DNA of 64,000 bases, taken from assembly GCA_963704165.1 (NCBI GenBank), contig CAVPHD010000012.1, positions 96,001-160,000 of the forward strand, written 5' to 3'. The translations under genes were made by a program, and so were the position numbers. This document shows, piece by piece, positions 51,338-60,461 of the stretch. The stretch is from an uncultured delta proteobacterium. Its GTDB lineage: Bacteria; Myxococcota_A; UBA9160; SZUA-336. The notes below the pieces were generated by a model that saw nothing but the letters and a program-made list of their open reading frames with translations, ran no database searches and was not told where the DNA came from. The number at the start of each line of letters is the position of its first letter. Position 1 is the first letter of the stretch.

Positions 51338-51912
51338 TCGACTATTCGCCGACGGAGCTTCTGACGCGAAGGCTCCGGCTGCGCGCGCCGAGACGCGCCG
51401 ACGCCGGACCGCTCCACGAGGCGATCGAAGAGACGCTCGATCAACTCGTGCCGTACCTGCCGTGGGCGCGCCGCGGTCACTCGCGCACCGAAACACGTCG
51501 CTACCTCCGTGCTTCGCGAATCGCGTGGACGCGGCGCGCGTCGTTCGAGTTCTTGATCGACTCGCCCCGTCAGGGAGTGATCCTCGGAGTCGCGAGTCTG
51601 CACCGCATCGATTGGCTGCGACGCTCCGCGGGCATCGGCTACTGGGTGCGCCGGAGCCACTTCGGCCAGGGCATCGCGACCGAAGCCACCGGCGCGCTGC
51701 TCGAGCACGCCTTCGGCACGCTGATGCTCCACCGGGTGGAGGCCCTCGTCGCGCTCTCCAACAAGCCGAGTCAGCGCGTGGTCGAGAAGCTCGGCTTCAC
51801 GCAGGAAGGCATCGCGCGCGGCTCCGAGTTCATCGACGGTGAGTTCATGGACCATCTTCAGTACAGCCTGCTCGAGTGCGACCGCCCTCTCGACTCGCGA
51901 GACACGGGCTGA
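51334..51912 (+). CDS. GNAT acetyltransferase, RimJ/RimL family
   Basis: GIGYWV...GQGIATEA, NKPSQRVVEKLGFTQEG; GTGA overlap with the helicase gene. Confidence 0.88.
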   Translation: MIDYSPTELLTRRLRLRAPRRADAGPLHEAIEETLDQLVPYLPWARRGHSRTETRRYLRASRIAWTRRASFEFLIDSPRQGVILGVASLHRIDWLRRSAGIGYWVRRSHFGQGIATEATGALLEHAFGTLMLHRVEALVALSNKPSQRVVEKLGFTQEGIARGSEFIDGEFMDHLQYSLLECDRPLDSRDTG

Positions 51913-51914
51913 GC

Positions 51915-52628
51915 ATGCGCTTCGCTCTCGAATCCGACATGGGGATGGTGCGGACCAACAACGAGGACTCCGCCGTCGCAGACCTCGACCTCGGCCTCTT
52001 CGTCGTCGCGGACGGAATGGGTGGCCACGCCGCGGGAGAGGTCGCGAGCCGAGTCGCCGCGGACGCGATCGTCTCCGCCATGCGTGCGCGCACGCGCCCT
52101 GCGCGCGCACGTGACGAGGCCGAGCCCCTGCTCCAAGCCGTGCACGACGCGAACGCCGCGGTGGTGCGCGAGGCCGTCGAGCGCGGGACGCACGGCATGG
52201 GAACGACGCTCTCGGTCGTGTGCCTGCGCAAACGCGCCGCGGTCATCGCGAACGTCGGGGACTCCCGCGTCTACCTGATCTCGCGCAAGGGCATCCATCA
52301 GCTCACCATCGATCACACGCTCGTCATGCAGATGGTCGAGCACGGGCTGCTGACTCGAGAACAGGCGCGAACCCATTCGGACAAGCACGTCCTGACGATG
52401 GCGATCGGAACGCCCGGCCCGCTCGAGCCACAGCTTCTCGTCGCGAAGGTTCCCCCGGGTGGGCGGCTCCTCTTGTGCAGCGACGGACTGCACGATCTGC
52501 TGCCGGACGATGAGATCGAGGAGCTCGCGAAGCTTCCGGACATCGATGCGGCGGCGCGCGCGCTGGTCGAGCGCGCGAACGCGCGTGGCGGGTTCGACAA
52601 CGTCACGGTCTTGCTCGTCGAACCCTAG
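51915..52628 (+). CDS. PP2C-family Ser/Thr protein phosphatase
   Basis: RTNNEDS, VADGMGGHAAGEVAS, NVGDSRVY, LCSDGL, GGFDNVT. Confidence 0.93.
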   Translation: MRFALESDMGMVRTNNEDSAVADLDLGLFVVADGMGGHAAGEVASRVAADAIVSAMRARTRPARARDEAEPLLQAVHDANAAVVREAVERGTHGMGTTLSVVCLRKRAAVIANVGDSRVYLISRKGIHQLTIDHTLVMQMVEHGLLTREQARTHSDKHVLTMAIGTPGPLEPQLLVAKVPPGGRLLLCSDGLHDLLPDDEIEELAKLPDIDAAARALVERANARGGFDNVTVLLVEP

Positions 52629-52664
52629 CGGAGCTCCGGTACGCTCCGCGCTCCGCTTGCGACG

Positions 52665-53213
52665 TCAGTCGGTCCCTTCGAGCACGCCGAGCCAGTCGAG
52701 CTCGCGGTAGGCGCCGTCGAGGTCCATCCCGTAGCCGACGATCCAGCCGTCCCCGACCTCGAAGCCGACGTGGTCGAGCACGACCGCGGTCCGCAGGCGT
52801 TCGGGCTTGCAGACGAGCACGGCGATGCGCACCGAACGCGGGGCGCCCGAACGCACGAGCTCGGAGACGGCCTCGAGGGTGCGGCCCTCGTCGGCGATGT
52901 CGTCGGTGATCACCACGTCGCGACCGCGAAACACACCGGCGTCGCAGCCTTCGAGCACGACGTCGCGCAGCTCCGTGCCGTGGCTCCGACGCGCCCGAAC
53001 CTCGGTTCGATCCGACGCGATGCCGAGCGCCTCGAGTCCGAGCGCGAGTCGTGTCGCGAACGGCCGCGCACCCTCCGCGATCACCACGAAGAGGGGCGTG
53101 CTCCCCGCAAGGGCGCGAGCGAGATCCGAGGCGAGCTCCTCGATCCGCGCGTCGACTTCACGCGCCGAGTGAAGCTCGAGCACGCGGCGCTTCTTTTCGT
53201 CCTCGAGCGGCAC
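52665..53213 (-). CDS. hpt: Hypoxanthine phosphoribosyltransferase-like protein (divergent)
   Basis: PRPP loop ITDDIADEGRTL; GFEV...WIVGYGMDLDGAYREL. Confidence 0.75.
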   Translation of the reverse strand: MPLEDEKKRRVLELHSAREVDARIEELASDLARALAGSTPLFVVIAEGARPFATRLALGLEALGIASDRTEVRARRSHGTELRDVVLEGCDAGVFRGRDVVITDDIADEGRTLEAVSELVRSGAPRSVRIAVLVCKPERLRTAVVLDHVGFEVGDGWIVGYGMDLDGAYRELDWLGVLEGTD

Positions 53214-53279
53214 GGCTTCGATCCTATCGCTGGTCGCGGCCCGCGCGCAAAGGCAGGCTCCATCGCGTATCGTTGGCCG

Positions 53280-54089
53280 ATGCCCGTCATCCCCGCACCC
53301 GCGGCCACCGTGATCCTGCTGCGCGACACCCGCCCGGGACTCGAGGTGCTGATGCTCGCGCGGCATTCCCGGAGCGAGTTCCTGCCGGATGCCTACGTCT
53401 TTCCGGGCGGGCGGGTCGAGGATTCCGATCACGATCTCGTCGAACGGGTCGCCGGCCTGTCGCGTACCGAGGCCGGTGCGCGGCTCGCGACGGTTCCCGC
53501 CGAACAGGCGCTCGGTTTCTTCGTCGCGGGCGTGCGCGAGACCTACGAGGAATCGGGCATCCTGCTCGCGCGAAGGCGCGGAAGCTCGGAGCTCCTCGAT
53601 GCCGCGAGTGCCGCGTCTCTCTCGCGTCTCCGACTCGACGTGCAGCGGGGCGATGTGTCATTCCGCGACCTGGTTCTCGGAGAGGATCTCGTGCTGGCCG
53701 CCGAACTGCTCTCGGTGCACGGACACTGGGTGACTCCCGAAGACTCGCCGCGGCGCTTCGACACGGTCTTCTTCGCGGCGCAGACACCGCCGGGCCAGAT
53801 GGCCGCTCACGACGGAGTCGAGCTGACCGACCACGTCTGGCTGTCACCCGAGCAGGCGCTCAGCGACTATCGCGCGGGCCGACGGCAGATGATCATTCCG
53901 ACCTGGGCGAACCTCGAAACGCTCGCCGGTTTCTCCACCGCGGAGGCCGCGCTCGAGGTCTCGCGACGAAGGCCGATCGTTCCGATCCTGCCGATCGTGG
54001 TCGAACGCGACGGTCAGCGCCGGATCGTGATTCCCGAAGACGCCGGCTATCCGACGACGGAAGAGAGGGTCGGGCAATTGCCGCGCTAG
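53280..54089 (+). CDS. NUDIX hydrolase (NUDT19-like)
   Basis: AATVILLRD, YVFPGGRV, RETYEESG, WVTPE..PRRFDTVFF. Confidence 0.88.
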   Translation: MPVIPAPAATVILLRDTRPGLEVLMLARHSRSEFLPDAYVFPGGRVEDSDHDLVERVAGLSRTEAGARLATVPAEQALGFFVAGVRETYEESGILLARRRGSSELLDAASAASLSRLRLDVQRGDVSFRDLVLGEDLVLAAELLSVHGHWVTPEDSPRRFDTVFFAAQTPPGQMAAHDGVELTDHVWLSPEQALSDYRAGRRQMIIPTWANLETLAGFSTAEAALEVSRRRPIVPILPIVVERDGQRRIVIPEDAGYPTTEERVGQLPR

Positions 54090-54133
54090 ACGCTTGCGCG
54101 GGCCGACTGGCGTCGTCAGAGTAGGCCGCGTTG

Positions 54134-55114
54134 ATGCGTGCCATCGTCGTTCTCGGAGGATACGGTCAGCTCGGACGCCTCTGCGTCCACGAGCTGGCCG
54201 CCCGGACCCGCGCGCCACTGATCGTGGCGGGTCGGAGCCTGCAACGAGCGGAGTCGCTCGCGCTCTCCGTCGGTGAGCGCGCTCGCGGCCTCTACGCGAA
54301 TGCAGACGATCCGCGCACGCTCGCGCGAGCGCTCGAGGGTGCCGGGCTTCTCGTCTCGTGCTGTGGAGGGAATCAGAGCGGAGCTCTGCAAGTCGCACTC
54401 GAGCTGCGAGTTCCCTTCATCGGCCTGTCACCGGTGCGGATCGAGGCGCGAAGCCGCGCGCTCGTCGCGGAGCAGGCCTGGCGCGCACAGATCCCCGTCG
54501 TGCTCTCGGCGGGCGCGCTGCCCGGGCTACCCGGAATACTCGCGGAGCTCTTGGTTCGAACGCTTCCGGCGATTCACCGGCTTCGGATCGCCTCGACCGG
54601 CGCCTTTGGCGACACCGAAACCGCGCGGCGCGACACACGGCAACTGCCGACCGCTGCGGGAGAGAGCGCGGGGGCGCTGCGCCGACGCATACCCGAGCTC
54701 TGGCGCTTTTCCGATCCCATCGGCATGCGTCCGCTCGTGCCCTCGTCGTGCGCCGATCTCGATGGATTCGCCGAGAGCCACTGCGTCGAGTCCGTCACCT
54801 ATCTCGAACCGCCCCGGGGCATGATCGGCCGGTCGATCGGCAGGCTGGTCTCGCGCCGAGCCGACTCCGGCTTCGCTCTCGCGGCCGCGGCAACCTGCGA
54901 TTCCGATCCAGCCGCGGCGGCCACGGCCTCGATCGAACTCTACGCGCCGAACGTCCTGATCCCCGCGGCGGCCATCGCCACCGCGCTCGGCGTCGCGATC
55001 CTCGAGGGGCGCGTGCCCGCGGGACTCTCGACCCCGCGCGAGATCCTGCACCCGGCCCTGGCCTTGGGTGAGCTCGAGAAGCGCGGGGTCCGCGTCAGCG
55101 CAGCTTCGCGTTGA
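54134..55114 (+). CDS. Saccharopine dehydrogenase-like NAD(P)-binding protein
   Basis: Rossmann VLGGYGQLG, LIVAGRS, AGALPGLPG. Confidence 0.7.
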   Translation: MRAIVVLGGYGQLGRLCVHELAARTRAPLIVAGRSLQRAESLALSVGERARGLYANADDPRTLARALEGAGLLVSCCGGNQSGALQVALELRVPFIGLSPVRIEARSRALVAEQAWRAQIPVVLSAGALPGLPGILAELLVRTLPAIHRLRIASTGAFGDTETARRDTRQLPTAAGESAGALRRRIPELWRFSDPIGMRPLVPSSCADLDGFAESHCVESVTYLEPPRGMIGRSIGRLVSRRADSGFALAAAATCDSDPAAAATASIELYAPNVLIPAAAIATALGVAILEGRVPAGLSTPREILHPALALGELEKRGVRVSAASR

Positions 55115-55976
55115 GGTAGTCGCGCAGCGGACGCATCCCGCTGGTCCGGATGCCGAAGCGATCCAGCTCTCGCTGCATCGACCCGTCGCTGTAGATGCGG
55201 TGTTCTTCGTCGCGCTGGCGCCAGTCGTGGGTGATCGACTCGAGCTCGGGACCACCCTCTGCGCAGTGCGTGATCAGGTAGGACAGTCCGGGGCCCAGGC
55301 GTTCGACGCGCGCAATGTTGTGCGCGAGGCCCTTGCCGGGCGTGAAGGACAGCGAATCCGCCTCGAAGTGGTCGAAGATCGGAAAGCCCGCCGCCTCGGC
55401 CGCGTCGATTCTCCGCTCGAAGTCGGCCAGACGGCTGCCCAGGTCGAGGACCCGCGCCTCCCGGCGCTGCAGGCGCGGAATGAAGGCCGGGAGCTTGAAC
55501 TCGTGCGCGAGGCGGAAGTAGACGTCGACGAACTTCAGGTCGAAGACCGTGCCCATGTGCGCGTCGATGTGCGTGACGTCGATTCCGGCGTCGAGCGCGC
55601 GGTGGATCTGCGCGCGCAGCTCCCGATCGACCTCCTCGACGATGCCGTGCTCGACCGTCTCGCGCACCGTGCGCCACATGCCACCGTCGGGCGCGACCAG
55701 GCTCGGCACGTCGCTTCGGACCGGCGCCCAGCGGTGCCCCTCGTATTCACAGTTCAGTGTCAGGTGGACGCCGAGATCGAGATCCGGCCGCTCGCGCGCG
55801 ATCCGGGTCATGTCGGAGAAGCCGGGACACGGCACCATGATGCTTCCGCAGGTCGCCGATCCGTCGAGCGCACGAACGCCGCCCACGTTGGCGGCGAGCG
55901 ACATGGCCAGGTCGTCCACGTGCACGACCACCACTCGTTCGTCCGGGGCGTAGCCGAGCTCGGCGAGTAACGACAA
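55095..55976 (-). CDS. YdjC/ChbG family carbohydrate deacetylase
   Basis: VHVDDLAM, DLGVHLTL, THIDAHMG; AAGGAGG RBS before TTG 55976. Confidence 0.88.
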   Translation of the reverse strand: MSLLAELGYAPDERVVVVHVDDLAMSLAANVGGVRALDGSATCGSIMVPCPGFSDMTRIARERPDLDLGVHLTLNCEYEGHRWAPVRSDVPSLVAPDGGMWRTVRETVEHGIVEEVDRELRAQIHRALDAGIDVTHIDAHMGTVFDLKFVDVYFRLAHEFKLPAFIPRLQRREARVLDLGSRLADFERRIDAAEAAGFPIFDHFEADSLSFTPGKGLAHNIARVERLGPGLSYLITHCAEGGPELESITHDWRQRDEEHRIYSDGSMQRELDRFGIRTSGMRPLRDYLNAKLR

Positions 55977-56034
55977 CGTCCGCCTCCTTGGGCCGGCCAG
56001 CATAGCGGCCGACGGAGATGAGAACATCATCCGC

Positions 56035-56910
56035 ATGGAGCCGGAACGCTCGTTCGAGATCGGTCCGGGCGACGCGGGCCGCCGCCTCGACGTCGTCGTG
56101 GCGCGCGTTCTCGGGCTCTCGCGCGGGTGGGTGCGCAAGCTGCTCGAATCCGAGCGGGTGCGGCTCGACGGCCGGCCGGCGACGAAGGGCGCGATCCTGC
56201 GCGCGGGTGACCGCATCGACGTGCTCGAGTTCGCGCGTCCCGACGCCGGCCCGATCGCAAACGCCGAACTCGCGGTGACGGTCGTTCGCGAGACGGCGGA
56301 CCTGGTCGCGATCGACAAACCGCCGGGCCTCGCCGTGCACCCGCTCGATCCGGACGAGACCCACACCGCGCTGAACGCGCTGGTCGCGCGCCACCCGGAG
56401 ATGGTCGGCGTGGGCGAGGGGGGCCTGCGCTCGGGCGTGGTCCACCGCCTCGATCCGGGCACGTCGGGCGTGCTCGTCTTCGCGAAGCACGAGCGCGCCT
56501 GGGTCGAAGCGCGTCGGGCCTTCACCGAGAGGCGCGTTTCGAAACGCTACGTCGCGCGAGTGCACGGCGCGTTCGCGGGCAAGCGCGACATCGAGCTCAG
56601 GCTCGAGAATCGCGGCACGCACGTTCGCGTCGTCGCGCACGGCGGGCGGCTGGCCTCGTCGCACATCCGTGCTCTCGAGACCGGGTCGGAGACGAGCCTC
56701 GTCGAGATCGCGATGCACACCGGTGTCCGGCACCAGATCCGCGCCAGCCTGGCCGAGCTCGGCCATCCGGTCGTCGGCGATCGGCTCTACGGCTCGAGCG
56801 CCGAGCTCGACCGGCACTGGCTGCACGCGGTCGCCGTCGCCTGGGACGATTTCGCGGCCGAAGCCGCGCCGCCGAGAGAGCTCAGACCCGCTCGAACCGC
56901 CGCAGTGTGA
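56035..56910 (+). CDS. RluA/RluD-family pseudouridine synthase with S4 domain
   Basis: DKPPGLAVHP, HRLDPGTSG, TGVRHQIR, GDRLYG. Confidence 0.92.
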   Translation: MEPERSFEIGPGDAGRRLDVVVARVLGLSRGWVRKLLESERVRLDGRPATKGAILRAGDRIDVLEFARPDAGPIANAELAVTVVRETADLVAIDKPPGLAVHPLDPDETHTALNALVARHPEMVGVGEGGLRSGVVHRLDPGTSGVLVFAKHERAWVEARRAFTERRVSKRYVARVHGAFAGKRDIELRLENRGTHVRVVAHGGRLASSHIRALETGSETSLVEIAMHTGVRHQIRASLAELGHPVVGDRLYGSSAELDRHWLHAVAVAWDDFAAEAAPPRELRPARTAAV

Positions 56911-57559
56911 GCAACACCGCTCGCGCGATCACGAGCACGAGCGCCGCGCCGAGCACCGGCGTGAGCAGGTGGCCGATCGTCTGGTGGAGCTCGTCCGGGT
57001 AGGCGCAGCCGAGAATTCCCGGCTGCGTGAGCCCCCCGAGCGGCGCCGCGGCGCCGACCGCGATCGCGACGGCCAGCTGGCGCGGCACCGCGCGCGAAGC
57101 GAAGCGCGCGAAGAGCAGCGCCGGGAGTACCGCGGGCAGGACCGCGTGGAGCGAACACGTGACGGTCGCAGCGAGCCAGCCGGGCGCGAGCGACGCCGCA
57201 CCAGGCCAGCCGGCGATCCGCACGGCGGCGATCCCTGCCAGCGCGGCGAGTGCGAGCGCGAGCGCGATCACACCCGACCGGGCGAGTCGCTCGCGTCCGG
57301 GCACACAGACGCCGAGCGCAAACACGAGCGCACCCGAGAACAGCAGCGCGTGCACCGCGATCGTCCACGCATCGAGGCCGCCGAAGTCGGGCTTCGGCCA
57401 CGGCGCCGGGCCGATCCACGCGAAGACGATCTGCGCCGCGACGAGCGCGAACGTCAAGCCCGCGATGCTCGCGGCGACGCGGCCCAGACGCGGCAGTCGC
57501 CGGACCGGCTGCAACTCCCGGGTGAGACTCCGGATCAGCACCTCGGTGCGCTCAGGCAT
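56882..57559 (-). CDS. NrsF/DUF1109-like membrane anti-sigma factor
   Basis: LIRSLTRELQPVRRL start, about six TM helices, Cys in VTC and LGCAYPDELHQTIGH; overlaps the ECF gene end. Confidence 0.75.
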   Translation of the reverse strand: MPERTEVLIRSLTRELQPVRRLPRLGRVAASIAGLTFALVAAQIVFAWIGPAPWPKPDFGGLDAWTIAVHALLFSGALVFALGVCVPGRERLARSGVIALALALAALAGIAAVRIAGWPGAASLAPGWLAATVTCSLHAVLPAVLPALLFARFASRAVPRQLAVAIAVGAAAPLGGLTQPGILGCAYPDELHQTIGHLLTPVLGAALVLVIARAVLLTLRRFERV

Positions 57560-58130
57560 CGCGCTCGCGACCTCCGAGCAACCCACGCAGGGCCTTGTAG
57601 CCGCGATGGGCTCGCACCTTGAGCGCGCTCACCGTCACCCCGACGCGTTCCGCCGCCTCGGCCACGGAGAGCTCGCGCACGTGGATCAGCAGGACGGCCT
57701 CGCGTTGGGAGGCGGGAAGCTCGGCGAGCGCGCGCTCCATCCGCTCCGAAAGCGGAGCCTCCATTCGCGATGGCTCGCGCTCGTCGGCGAGCAGGTCGGC
57801 GTCGGGCAGGGCCGCCTCGCGCTCGGCTTGCTTGCCGCGCGCGCGAAACGCGTCGACGACCGCGTTGCGCGCGATCGTGCGGAGCCACGGGCCGAAGGGC
57901 CGGCTCGGCTCGTACGTATGGCGGGCACGGTGGAGAGAGAGCAGCACGTTCTGAACCACGTCCTCCGTCGCGGAGGCATCGCGAAGCCGCAGATCGACGA
58001 ACACGCGCAGCGCAGGAACGATCTCGTTCAGCAGCGCCGCATAGGCCGCCGCATCCCCATCCTGGGCGGCGGCCATCCAGCGGCCCCAAGCGACTTCCCG
58101 ACGGGCGGCGCCGTCGCGTCGTCCACTCAT
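57552..58130 (-). CDS. ECF RNA polymerase sigma factor (SigF/ECF16-like)
   Basis: MAAAQDGDAAAYAALL, EDVVQNVLLSLHRARHTYEPSRPFGPWL, LKVRAHRGYKAL. Confidence 0.9.
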   Translation of the reverse strand: MSGRRDGAARREVAWGRWMAAAQDGDAAAYAALLNEIVPALRVFVDLRLRDASATEDVVQNVLLSLHRARHTYEPSRPFGPWLRTIARNAVVDAFRARGKQAEREAALPDADLLADEREPSRMEAPLSERMERALAELPASQREAVLLIHVRELSVAEAAERVGVTVSALKVRAHRGYKALRGLLGGRERDA

Positions 58131-58155
58131 ACGGTCCCCGAACCCACCTGGTTAC
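58130..58155 (-). promoter_or_regulatory. Putative ECF16-type autoregulatory promoter
   Basis: GTAACC-N16-CGTA immediately upstream of the sigma gene. Confidence 0.6.
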
Positions 58156-58186
58156 CGCGTTCCGTCGACGCGATGCGGGTGCGCAC

Positions 58187-59161
58187 TCACGGGGTGATGA
58201 TCACCTTGCCGTAGCTGCCGCGGGAGCCGAGCGCCTCGAGGGCCTTGGGAACCTCGTCGAGGGAGTAGGTGCCGAAGATCAGCGGCCGCACGTGGCCCGT
58301 CCCGTACAGCTTCGCGAGGTCGGCAAAGATCTCCGGGATCCGCTCGGGCTGGTGGATCGCGTACGCCCCCCAGTGCAGTCCGACGACGGCGATGTTCTTG
58401 AGCAGGATCCGGTTGGTCTTGACCTCGGGGATCGTTCCGCCGGCGAAGCCGATCACGAGCAGTCGGCCGTTCCAGGCGATGCACTTCATCGAGCCCTCGA
58501 AGATCTCGCCTCCGACGGGATCGTAGATCACGTCGGCGCCCTTTCCGGCGGTCGCCTCCTTCACCGCCTCGACCCAATTGCCGACCGAGTAGTCGATCGC
58601 GAGATCCGCGCCCGCGCGCCTTGCGACATCGAGCTTGTCGGCGCTGCCGGCCGTCGCGATCACGCGCGCGCCGAGCGCCTTGCCGATCTGCACCGCTGCG
58701 ACGCCGACACCGCCGGCCGCGGCGTGCACGAGCAGGGTTTCGCCCGCGCGCAGGTTCGCCCGATCGACGAGCGCGGCGTACGAGGTCGGGTAGACGACCG
58801 GAAACGCCGCAGCCTCGGGAAAGCTCATCGCGTCCGGCATCGCGTGCAGCGACGCCACCGGCAACGCGACGCGCTCGGCGAATGCTCCGAGCGCCAGCCC
58901 CGCGAAGACGCGATCCCCGATCGCGACTCCGCTCACGTCCGGACCGAGCTCTCGAACCACGCCGGCGACCTCGGCCCCTGGCGTGAAGGGGAACGCCGGC
59001 TTCATCTGGTATCTGCCCTGCACGAGCAGGATGTCGAAGAAGTTGCAGCCGGCGGCTTCGACGTCGATCACGACCTGGTTCGCGCGCGGCACCGGATCGG
59101 GCAGCTCGCGAACGACGAGATCCTTCGGCTCCGTCCAGCGATCGACGACGACGGCTCGCAT
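58187..59161 (-). CDS. NADPH:quinone oxidoreductase (zeta-crystallin/MDR family)
   Basis: PFTPGAEVAG, HAAAGGVG, YDPVGG, GRLLVIGFAGG. Confidence 0.92.
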   Translation of the reverse strand: MRAVVVDRWTEPKDLVVRELPDPVPRANQVVIDVEAAGCNFFDILLVQGRYQMKPAFPFTPGAEVAGVVRELGPDVSGVAIGDRVFAGLALGAFAERVALPVASLHAMPDAMSFPEAAAFPVVYPTSYAALVDRANLRAGETLLVHAAAGGVGVAAVQIGKALGARVIATAGSADKLDVARRAGADLAIDYSVGNWVEAVKEATAGKGADVIYDPVGGEIFEGSMKCIAWNGRLLVIGFAGGTIPEVKTNRILLKNIAVVGLHWGAYAIHQPERIPEIFADLAKLYGTGHVRPLIFGTYSLDEVPKALEALGSRGSYGKVIITP

Positions 59162-59230
59162 GCTCTCCTCCCGGGGGCCGCTCGCGCGGCTCGCCGAGTC
59201 TAACACCGCGACGCTGCGCTTAAATGCGAA

Positions 59231-59256
59231 CGCCGGCCGGGTCGATCCGGCCGGCG
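59231..59256 (-). terminator. GC-rich hairpin downstream of the histone gene (probable intrinsic terminator)
   Basis: CGCCGGCCGG / CCGGCCGGCG 10-bp stem followed by TTCGCATTTA on the minus strand. Confidence 0.55.
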
Positions 59257-59281
59257 AGCGTAGTCGGGGCGGAAACCCCGA

Positions 59282-59491
59282 TCAGACGTCCTGCGGGCGC
59301 AGCGTCTTGCGACCGTTGGCTCCGGCGCGGGCTTCGGCCTGCGCGATCACCGATCGCACGTGAGCCTCGAGCGCACCGTAGAACTCGCTTCCGACGTTGC
59401 ACTTCTTCGCCGCCGCCTTGACGCGCGACTTCGAGATGATCATCGAATCGCCGCCCTTCTTCGCGGCGCCCGCCTTCTTCTTCGCTGCCAT
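59282..59491 (-). CDS. Bacterial histone-fold protein (face-to-face/DUF1931-like) with Lys-rich N-terminal tail
   Basis: MAAKKKAGAAKKGGDSMIISKSRVKAAAKKCNVGSEFYGALEAHVRSVIAQAEARAGANGRKTLRPQDV; GGGGAG RBS; histone-fold pattern ending A..RA..NGRKTLRPQD. Confidence 0.85.
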   Translation of the reverse strand: MAAKKKAGAAKKGGDSMIISKSRVKAAAKKCNVGSEFYGALEAHVRSVIAQAEARAGANGRKTLRPQDV

Positions 59492-59570
59492 TTCAAGCTC
59501 CCCGTTTTCGCGACCGCCGATCGTGCGCGAGCGCGGATTCGTGTCTGGGCCGAACATTCGGCACAGGGCG

Positions 59571-59598
59571 CAAATAGCACGCGGCCTTTCGAAAGCAA
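59571..59598 (-). promoter_or_regulatory. Predicted sigma70 promoter of the histone gene
   Basis: TTGCTT-N16-TATTTG with extended TG. Confidence 0.4.
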
Positions 59599-59630
59599 GG
59601 GGATTGCGGGTTTCCGGCTAGACTCCGGAA

Positions 59631-60440
59631 GTGCGATCGATTCGGTGGACGACGATTCTGTTCTCGATCTTCGCGTTCGTCGCGGCGTCGGCGCATGCGC
59701 GCGATGGCGGCGTGGACGGAAACTGGAGCAAGCGTCGCTCGAGCCACTTCGAGCTCTTCCAGGACGTCGCGCTCGAACGCTACTCGGGGCGAGATGGCTC
59801 GCGCGCCTTCGAGATCTCCCTGCTCGCCGCGCTCGAGTCGGCGCACGATCGCGTCCGCGACGGCATCGGCGTCGAGCCGCGCGCCCGTGTGCGCGTCTTC
59901 GTCTACGACCCGGACGTCTTCGACGCCTCGTATTCGGCGCGCTTCGGTTTTCGCGCGGCGGGTTTCTGGGACGGTGCGATCCACGTGCGCGGCGGAACGG
60001 CCGTCGACGCGAGGATCGTCGGAACGCTCGTTCACGAATACGTGCACGCCGCGCTCGCATCCCTGGCTCCCGCTGGAATCTGGCCGGCGTGGTTGAACGA
60101 AGGGCTCGCCGAGCACTTCGAACGCGAGGCTCTCGGCATCGTTCGACTCGGCGCGCACGAACGTGCGGAGATCCGAGCTGCGATCGCGCGCGGGCGCTGG
60201 CTTCCGCTCGAAGCTCTCGGTGGTCCCTCGTTCGCCGGGCTCGACGAGTCGTCGGCGCGGATCGCCTATCTCGAGTCCTACGCGTGTGTCGAAATGATTC
60301 TGCGCCGCTACGGCCGCGAACGGATCGAACGGCTCGTCGAAGAGCACGCGAAGGCCCGCCGGATCGAGCGCGCACTCCAGCGCGCGTTGCGCACCGACCT
60401 CGCGAAGCTCGAGGCGCAGCTCCTCGCCGAGCTCGACTGA
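59631..60440 (+). CDS. Exported peptidase MA-clan (gluzincin-like) metalloprotein
   Basis: Signal peptide ending AHA; HEYVH...PAWLNEGLAEHFE; AYLES. Confidence 0.85.
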   Translation: MRSIRWTTILFSIFAFVAASAHARDGGVDGNWSKRRSSHFELFQDVALERYSGRDGSRAFEISLLAALESAHDRVRDGIGVEPRARVRVFVYDPDVFDASYSARFGFRAAGFWDGAIHVRGGTAVDARIVGTLVHEYVHAALASLAPAGIWPAWLNEGLAEHFEREALGIVRLGAHERAEIRAAIARGRWLPLEALGGPSFAGLDESSARIAYLESYACVEMILRRYGRERIERLVEEHAKARRIERALQRALRTDLAKLEAQLLAELD

Positions 60441-60461
60441 CGCAGCGTCGACCGCGCCGGA

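Noticed and set aside
51334..52628. GNAT and PP2C as dedicated histone-tail modifiers
   Set aside because: They lie about 7 kb from the histone gene, in the pcrA operon, and belong to common families; nothing in the sequence links them.
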